From an uncultured Cytophagales bacterium (GTDB lineage Bacteria; Bacteroidota; Bacteroidia; Cytophagales; Cyclobacteriaceae), in NCBI GenBank assembly GCA_963774615.1, contig CAVZFT010000035.1:40595-104594 (forward strand): a stretch of 64,000 nt of DNA. The letters are read 5' to 3'. A model generated the notes under the pieces. The model ran no database searches. It saw nothing but the letters and a program-made list of their open reading frames with translations, and was not told the origin of the DNA. Below, in pieces: positions 57,486-64,000 of this stretch. Position 1 is the first letter of the stretch. Every line of letters begins with the position of its first letter. The translations under genes and the position numbers were made by a program.

Positions 57486-58130
57486 TCATTTCTTTACCGC
57501 TACGATATAGGTAAGTGGAATATTACCATTTATATATATGTTCTTTGTTACACTGAATCCATTTTGCTCTATAAACTCCTGATAGCTTTTTTGGCTCCAT
57601 CGGCTTCTTGTCTTTTGGCCGAGTAATGATAATAATCTTGATAAAATTTGGCTTCGCAAATGGGCGGCATGGCAAAAAGTGGGTAATATAGCTTTCCCAT
57701 TTTCATCGAGCACCCTGCTGATCTCGTGCATTGCCAATTTAGGTTGGAATAATAAATGCAACACATTTGAGGCTATTACCGTATCAAAACTTTTATCATC
57801 GAACGGAAGAGCACAAATATCCCCAATCTTAAAATCAATATTCTTGGTTTTCTTATTGCTACTTTTTTCTTTGGCAATCTTTAACATCTCAGGAGCAATA
57901 TCAACCGCGGTTATCTGACCGACATAATCGCTTAATCTGATCGCTAGTATTCCAGTACCTGTGGCTACCTCTAATAATTTTTTTGATTGTTTAGCGTCCT
58001 TTATTAGGTTTTCGATAATGGTTTCATAAATCTTTTGGAATAATTTACCCACTATTTTATCATATCCTTTGGCTTTAGCGTCCCAAAATTTTCTTTCCGA
58101 TGCCAGCCGATTTTCAATTTGTTTTTCCAT
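57486..58130 (-). CDS. Class I SAM-dependent methyltransferase
   Basis: LEVATGTG, VDIAPEML, GDICALPF, FDTVIASNVLH. Confidence 0.85.
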   Translation of the reverse strand: MEKQIENRLASERKFWDAKAKGYDKIVGKLFQKIYETIIENLIKDAKQSKKLLEVATGTGILAIRLSDYVGQITAVDIAPEMLKIAKEKSSNKKTKNIDFKIGDICALPFDDKSFDTVIASNVLHLLFQPKLAMHEISRVLDENGKAILPTFCHAAHLRSQILSRLLSLLGQKTRSRWSQKSYQEFIEQNGFSVTKNIYINGNIPLTYIVAVKK

Positions 58131-58299
58131 TGTCTTCTTTTTAGGTACAAAATAATTTGGTCGTAGTTTCGTTCAACTAATTTGAACACCCTTTAGAAAC
58201 ACCGATGTGTGCCCTGATGATGGCTAGACCCTTGCATTACTTTGGTTTTTATTTTAATTTAAAATCTACCACAGCTGAGCAAAAAGATAACTGAAAACG

Positions 58300-60555
58300 T
58301 CAATTGACGATCATCCGTTCAATTTCAATTTCAATAAATTTCGAAGTTGGTGTATGGCTTTTATCCGCTACAGAGTTGAGTGGCACCAACACATTGGCTT
58401 CAGGAAAATAAGCAGCTGCACACCCTTCTGGAATATTGTACGGAATTGCTTTAAATCCTTTTGCTGTCCTGCGGATACCATCTGATGCGAGGCTGAAGAT
58501 GTCCAGGACATCTCCGCTTACAATATTTTTCTTTCTCATATCCGACTCATTCAGGAAAATAACTTTCCGTTCTCCTTTTACTCCACGATAGCGGTCGTCC
58601 ATTCCATAAATGGTAGTGTTGTACTGATCATGAGAACGGATGGTCATTAATCTTAATTTGCCTGGCTTCATAGAAAGTATCGGCAACGGAGCCGTTATAA
58701 AATTAGCCTTGCCAGTGGATGTATTCCATCTTCTTTCACGGGCTGCATTTCCCAGATAAAATCCTCCCGGGTGTTTTAGGCGTTCATTAAAGTTTTCGAA
58801 GGCAGGAAGCACTCTTTCAATTTTGTCCCGGATACGATTATAATCACTCACCAGTCCTGCCCAATCTATTTTTGTATTTGGTAAAGAGGCAATGGCCATG
58901 CACGCGACAATAGAAGGTTCGGACAATAAATGTTCGGACGCAGGCTTGTTAATTCCTTCTGACGTATGCACCATGGACATGGAATCTTCTACAGTAACCT
59001 TTTGAGGAATTTTATTTTGAAGATCAATTTCTGTTCTTCCTAAGCAGGGAAGGATAAATGCTTGATGTCCAGTTACCAGATGACTTCTGTTAAGTTTTGT
59101 GCTAATGTAAGTTGTAAGCTCGCATTTCTTAATAGCATCTTCGGTAAACGATGTGTCGGGGGTAGACGACACGAAATTTCCACCCATACCGATAAATACT
59201 TTTACTTTATGGGCATTCATCGCACGGATCGCATCCACTGTATTGTAACCGTGCTGTCGCGGAGCGACAAAATCAAATACATTTTCTAAAGCATCCAAAA
59301 AAAACTCTGATGGATTTTCAACAATACCCATCGTACGATCACCTTGCACATTGCTATGTCCGCGCACGGGGCACAGCCCTGCACCCGGCTTACCAATATT
59401 TCCTTTTAATAAAAGTAAGTTCACAATTTGCTGAATGGTGATAACGGCATGCTTGCTTTGTGTGAGTCCCATTGCCCAACACACAATTGTTTTAGAGGAA
59501 CGCAGATAAACCTCAGCTGCCTCTAAAATTTGTTCCTGCGTCAATCCGGATTGTTGGACAATGTCCCCCCATAAGGTTTGCGCTATATCCGCTTTTAGTT
59601 CCTCAACGCCAACGGTATGTGCAACAATAAAATCATGATCCAATTGGTGAGGATTTTTTTCAGATGCTTCGAATACAGCTTTCAATAATCCTTTTAATAC
59701 GGCAAAGTCTCCTCCTATTACGGGTTGATAATAATGTGTGGATATAGCACTGCCTTTATTTAGCAATGTCTGCACTATGTGCTGTGGATTGACAAAACTT
59801 TCAAGTCCTTTTTCTCTTAAAGGATTGAAGGATAAAATCTGACAGCCTCTTTTCGCGGCACGTTCTAACACGGTAAGCATGCGGGGATGGTTTGTACCGG
59901 GGTTTTGTCCGAAAATAAAAATAGCTTCAGCTTCTTCGAAATCATCTAACGATACAGTACCCTTCCCAACGCCTACTGCTTCGGTCATGGCAACCCCTGA
60001 GGATTCATGACACATGTTGGAGCAGTCAGGGAAATTGTTAGTGCCAAGTTCTCTTCCAAAAAGCTGATAGAGAAAAGCTGCTTCATTACTGGTGCGTCCG
60101 GAAGTATAAAATACGGCTTCATCCGGATGCTCCATCCTCTGAATTTCTTGACCAATGGTATAAAATGCTTTCTCCCAGGTTACTCGTTCATATTTATCGG
60201 TTTTCGGATTGTAGCGCATGGGTTCTGTGAGACGCCCTTGTTGCTCAAGCCAGTATCCGTCTTTTTGCAGCAAGTCAGAAACGGTATGCTTTTCAAAAAA
60301 TTCCTTTGTTATTCTTTTGCCTGTAGTCTCGGCGGCGATAGCTTTTACACCGTTTTCGCAAAACTCAGTGATGGAATAATTTTTTGGATCCGGCCAGGCA
60401 CATCCCGGACAATCAAAACCTCCTGGCTTATTCATTCTGAGCAACGCCTTAACACCAGGTGTCATCGCGCGCTCGTGTAAAATATGTTTTAAGCTCGATG
60501 CCAACGCTTCAAGACCTGCTGCAGGGCCGGGTTGGGAAGATTTGTTTGATTTCAT
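58300..60555 (-). CDS. FdhF/YdeP-family molybdopterin oxidoreductase (Fdh4A-like)
   Basis: GFDCPGCAWPD, EFCENG, YTSGRTSNEAAF, FPDCSNMCHE, RGHSNVQGDRTMG, TIRSHDQYNTTIYG. Confidence 0.92.
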   Translation of the reverse strand: MKSNKSSQPGPAAGLEALASSLKHILHERAMTPGVKALLRMNKPGGFDCPGCAWPDPKNYSITEFCENGVKAIAAETTGKRITKEFFEKHTVSDLLQKDGYWLEQQGRLTEPMRYNPKTDKYERVTWEKAFYTIGQEIQRMEHPDEAVFYTSGRTSNEAAFLYQLFGRELGTNNFPDCSNMCHESSGVAMTEAVGVGKGTVSLDDFEEAEAIFIFGQNPGTNHPRMLTVLERAAKRGCQILSFNPLREKGLESFVNPQHIVQTLLNKGSAISTHYYQPVIGGDFAVLKGLLKAVFEASEKNPHQLDHDFIVAHTVGVEELKADIAQTLWGDIVQQSGLTQEQILEAAEVYLRSSKTIVCWAMGLTQSKHAVITIQQIVNLLLLKGNIGKPGAGLCPVRGHSNVQGDRTMGIVENPSEFFLDALENVFDFVAPRQHGYNTVDAIRAMNAHKVKVFIGMGGNFVSSTPDTSFTEDAIKKCELTTYISTKLNRSHLVTGHQAFILPCLGRTEIDLQNKIPQKVTVEDSMSMVHTSEGINKPASEHLLSEPSIVACMAIASLPNTKIDWAGLVSDYNRIRDKIERVLPAFENFNERLKHPGGFYLGNAARERRWNTSTGKANFITAPLPILSMKPGKLRLMTIRSHDQYNTTIYGMDDRYRGVKGERKVIFLNESDMRKKNIVSGDVLDIFSLASDGIRRTAKGFKAIPYNIPEGCAAAYFPEANVLVPLNSVADKSHTPTSKFIEIEIERMIVN

Positions 60556-61382
60556 GCCTTTGCTTCATAAGCCCTATCACTCTGCAATGATCTTGGTGAA
60601 ATTACATGCTGTTGATTTGTGTAAACCGTGGCTCTGTTTTCCCTGCAAAAGGCAATGAGCGTTATGCCTTTTTCATTGCATACCTCCACCGCCATTGACG
60701 AGGGTGCCGATACGGCCAACAAAAATGGAATGTTTGCCATCGCACATTTTGAAACTATTTCATAGGAGACTCTCCCGCTTACAGCGAGTATGTCTGCCTT
60801 CTCAAGGGTGCTGGAAAGAAATAATTCTCCAATGGTTTTATCAACCGCGTTATGCCTGCCAATGTCTTCCTGCACAGATAGCATCGTGCCATCTATGCTA
60901 AACAAGGCAGCGCTGTGTGTACCTCCTGTCTCATCAAATGTTGATTGACGTGAACGCATTTCCTTCAATAGCTCCGGAACGCGGGTGATGTCGAACTTTT
61001 CTGTAGTCTCCAGGGGCTGACTCTTGTGATAAATGTCACAAATTTCTGTTGTGCCACATACGCCGCACGATGCACTGGAAGCAATGGACCGGTTCCATAA
61101 ATTTTTTCCTTCCAATGCTTCAGTATGAACATTTACATTTACCGAAAGTGCTTGCTTATTTTGTTCATCGCTTTCTTCCGTGATACTAATAATGTCGGAT
61201 GTTTTTCGAAGAATACCTTCCGTGTATAATAAGCCGACAGCAAGCATAATGTTATTGGATGGCGAACACATGGTGATGGAATAAGCCCTTCCGTTTACTT
61301 TAATCTGAAGGGCATTCTCCGGGGCCAACATCTCAAAGGTTTTTTCAGGAAGCCCGTTGATGTATTTTGTAGCAGTTGTCAT
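60552..61382 (-). CDS. fdhD: Formate dehydrogenase accessory sulfurtransferase
   Basis: SCGVCG, TGGTHSAA, EDIGRHNAVDK, SGRVSYE, VSAPSS. Confidence 0.9.
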   Translation of the reverse strand: MTTATKYINGLPEKTFEMLAPENALQIKVNGRAYSITMCSPSNNIMLAVGLLYTEGILRKTSDIISITEESDEQNKQALSVNVNVHTEALEGKNLWNRSIASSASCGVCGTTEICDIYHKSQPLETTEKFDITRVPELLKEMRSRQSTFDETGGTHSAALFSIDGTMLSVQEDIGRHNAVDKTIGELFLSSTLEKADILAVSGRVSYEIVSKCAMANIPFLLAVSAPSSMAVEVCNEKGITLIAFCRENRATVYTNQQHVISPRSLQSDRAYEAKA

Positions 61383-61492
61383 TTTTAAAAAATCCCACGC
61401 TTCAATCTAAATCATCTGGTAATGAATAAGTACGAAGTCTGGGACATTTGTAAGTGTCAAAAATTGAGAAAACACTCGCAAGCCCATAAGGG

Positions 61493-62683
61493 TTATGCTG
61501 GGATCATGCCATGCGGATCAAGCACAAATTTCTTGGCAGCACCTTTATCAAAATCCTTGTAACCTTTGGGTGCATCGTCCAGGCGAATGACATTAACATT
61601 AACTGCCTTTGCGATTTGTATTTTGTCATACAAAATGGCTTGCATCAATTGCCGGTGGTACTTCATAACAGGACACTGACCAGTAAAGAATGAATGCGAC
61701 TTCGCCCAGCCCAATCCTATTCTGATCTGAAGCATTCCAATTTTTGCAGCGTCATCAACAGCGCCAGGATCACCGGTAACATATAAACCCGGAATACCGA
61801 TGGCACCACCAGCCCGGGTTACATCCATGACAGAATTCAATACGGTTGCAGGATGTTCGTGACCGCAATCATGACCATGACCACGTGCTTCAAATCCAAC
61901 GCAGTCAATAGCCGCATCCACAACAGGCTCTCCGATAATGTCTGCAATCTGATCTGGGAGCAAAGCATCTTTTCGAAGGTCAATTACTTCACAACCAAAG
62001 GTTTTGGCTTGGGCTAATCTTTCCGGAATCATGTCGCCGACAATAACGCAAGCTGCTCCCAATAAATGGCAGGACGCAGCACATGCTAGTCCAACGGGGC
62101 CGGCACCAGCTACATATGCAATCGAGCCAGGCCCTACTCCAGCAGTAACGGCACCATGGTAGCCAGTAGGGAATATGTCAGACAAAAGGGTTAAGTCCTT
62201 GATCTTTGCGAATGCCTGATCTTTATCCGGAAATTTCAACAGATTAAAATCAGCGTAGGGCACCATTACATACTCCGCCTGGCCTCCAACCCAACCACCC
62301 ATATCCACATAACCATAAGCCGCTCCAGGACGTGCAGGGTTAACGGCAAGGCAGATGCCTGTTTTACCTTCTTTACAATTTCTACACCTGCCGCAAGCAA
62401 TGTTAAACGGAACAGAAACAATATCACCCATGCGTATAAATTCTACATCTCTACCAACCTCAATTACCTCTCCGGTAATTTCGTGTCCTAATATCAAGCC
62501 CGCCGGAGCCGTAGTCCTGCCTCTTACCATGTGCTGATCGCTTCCGCAAATATTGGTCGATATTATTTTCAGGATAACACCATGATCGCACTTACGCGAC
62601 CCGATACTTAGTTTTGGATAATCAATATTTTGTACTTCCACCACACCTGGCTTAACGTACGCAACACCTCTGTTTTGTGCCAT
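61493..62683 (-). CDS. fdhA: Glutathione-independent formaldehyde dehydrogenase (zinc MDR family)
   Basis: TNICGSDQHMVRGRT, GHEITGE, CGRCRNC, LSDIFPTGYHG, GAIGIPGLYV, GWAKSH. Confidence 0.9.
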   Translation of the reverse strand: MAQNRGVAYVKPGVVEVQNIDYPKLSIGSRKCDHGVILKIISTNICGSDQHMVRGRTTAPAGLILGHEITGEVIEVGRDVEFIRMGDIVSVPFNIACGRCRNCKEGKTGICLAVNPARPGAAYGYVDMGGWVGGQAEYVMVPYADFNLLKFPDKDQAFAKIKDLTLLSDIFPTGYHGAVTAGVGPGSIAYVAGAGPVGLACAASCHLLGAACVIVGDMIPERLAQAKTFGCEVIDLRKDALLPDQIADIIGEPVVDAAIDCVGFEARGHGHDCGHEHPATVLNSVMDVTRAGGAIGIPGLYVTGDPGAVDDAAKIGMLQIRIGLGWAKSHSFFTGQCPVMKYHRQLMQAILYDKIQIAKAVNVNVIRLDDAPKGYKDFDKGAAKKFVLDPHGMIPA

Positions 62684-63087
62684 AAAATTTTAGTGTTAAA
62701 GTTTATATTTTGAAATTGAAATCAGATATTGGTGCGCCCGGATACTAATTCGTATGCAGAGCAAATTCTTTTGGTTTCAAAGCAAGTTGTATTTACAATC
62801 CCAGACTTTGCATTAGAAAAATAGAAAGTCCTGTCTTTTTTGTCAGACGATATCAAACAAACCGCCTAATTATAGCTCTATGCGAAATAAACTTAATGAA
62901 TCTTACGAAAACTTGATAGAATAACAAGCTATAAACTGAACCGTTCAATTGAATTTTATTCGAACGTCTCCTATGCACTATTATAACACCAAAGATACAG
63001 TACGGAAATTCTAAATATGCCTATTGGGGACTATAAACATTGCTTTAAAGCCTAATAAAGAGCAATGTTTGGTAAGGTTGTGTAACA

Positions 63088-63102
63088 GTTCGAATCCGCT
63101 CG
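63088..63102 (+). repeat. 15-bp match to the tRNA-Cys T-arm/3' end
   Basis: GTTCGAATCCGCTCG. Confidence 0.5.
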
Positions 63103-63421
63103 GGTTCCGCTACTTTCACAACTTTAGCGGGATACAACATTATTAACAAACATAATTTTGTCGCCTACGAATTAAGAAGTCTAACGCACCATTAAACAGC
63201 TTCGAGAACTCTGCTTCTGTTTTAATCATACTTGCGACCTTCCTGGCGGGTTGCGCTGGCTAAGGGTGGGTTCACGCGTGCCAATCATGTCTCGCCAACA
63301 TACTTCCACCGCTGGAAGACTCATATCTCAACAAATCAAAAGTTATTTTTGTGACATCCCACCACCTGGTGTTATAAAAAGAACGGTAACGAAATTCACT
63401 CCATAAGAGAACAAGGCATTG

Positions 63422-64000
63422 TCAGCCCATCGCAGACGAAACGTAAGTTTTCATTTTTAAGACTTTCGACTTTAATCGTTCATACGCAGGTGTTTTAAAA
63501 ACCGGCAACATGCTTTCACGAATATCGTATCCATAAGACGAACGACTGGTAATGATAATTGGTGGTGACTGAATACGCTTAAAAATATTCTTTTGAATTG
63601 TTGATACAAACCATTCAAGGTCTTCAACGAAAACACCAGGATTATCAATCTCCCACCTTATAATAAGCTTCTTGTCAATTTTCAAGTTATGCTCGAGGGC
63701 ACCTGCAAGATACCATTCAAGAATCTCTTCTGGAGACTTTGCGGATAAAATCAGTTAGCGCTTCTAACAAAGCGTCGTGATACCCAAAGCGCATCGGATC
63801 AACCTGGTCTTTCTTCAATTCAGGCGATGGAACAATCCATCGTTTATCAAACGTAAAAAGGTGATCCGGCAACAACGAGGATGGAATCACTTGTTCTCCG
63901 AAGATTTCGTCGTTAAGAAAGTGAGCCATTTCATACACTTCCGTTTTTGTGAGATCTCCGATCGGCGCCAATGCGCCATTTACATCACCATATAGCGTTG
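63422..64000 (-). CDS. nadE: NAD+ synthetase C-terminal part (partial; frameshift near 63740)
   Basis: TLYGDVNGALAPIGDLTKTEVY, PSPELKKDQVDP, FKRIQSPPII. Confidence 0.8.

Noticed and set aside
57276-58423. Diversity-generating retroelement TR/VR pair
   Set aside because: On the coding strand only 2 of 5 mismatches are at adenines of the orphan copy, no reverse transcriptase is present, and the target is a metabolic enzyme.
58300-60555. Selenocysteine formate dehydrogenase
   Set aside because: The ORF is uninterrupted with Cys at the catalytic region (FPDCSNMCH) and has no in-frame TGA.
62793-62817. Island motif upstream of fdhA
   Set aside because: The spacing is 20 rather than 21 and the second half-site is poor, so there is no evidence that the C1 module belongs to the regulon.
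43613-63102. Integrase, transposase, phage or defence genes in the accessory region
   Set aside because: No tyrosine or serine recombinase, DDE, HUH, capsid or nuclease motifs were recognised in any ORF.
347-63995. Numerous 60-230 aa ORF-track entries antisense to or nested in well-supported genes (e.g. 2665..3282, 17704..18096, 50821..51510, 60007..60480)
   Set aside because: Shadow ORFs with no motifs, fully overlapping confidently identified genes.

Overview
A 64 kb window from a Bacteroidota genome. TAnnTTTG promoter boxes, TonB/TPR/PD40 proteins and gene style suggest a Cytophagales-like organism; this is inference. Bases 1-43,500 are mostly core and housekeeping genes: tandem D-aminoacylases, agmatinase, aspS, tadA, SOD, a DEAD-box helicase, an ArsR-OYE-DoxX unit, ABC/TolC transporters, a ligase-associated exonuclease with an ATP-dependent ligase, and rpsA. 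Their intergenic spaces carry many different short inverted tandem-repeat and REP-like elements, often starting at stop codons. tRNA-Cys(GCA) at 43,542-43,612 is followed by three modified copies of its own 3' end, each with a structured 31-32 bp insert. Next comes an ~11 kb integrase-less island, closed by another tRNA-3'-end plus terminator copy at 54,686-54,764. The island encodes small stress-type proteins (YtxH, CsbD, lmo0937-like, YbhB), an AI-2E transporter, an AraC regulator, a PAS hybrid kinase and two receiver proteins. Six copies of a motif WGTGATNWA-TGTAA-N16-TGTAAY lie in its intergenic regions, five of them at a near-fixed distance from a -7-like box; this candidate regulon is the best novel-system candidate. 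A second accessory segment (54.8-63.1 kb) carries a phosphotriesterase, an FAD oxidoreductase, a methyltransferase flanked by a 120 bp duplication of the ydeP-like gene end, and an fdhA-fdhD-ydeP-like formaldehyde/formate module. It ends at a third, 15 bp match to the tRNA 3' end. Many genes, including essential rpsA, are split by 1-bp indels that are most likely sequencing or assembly errors.
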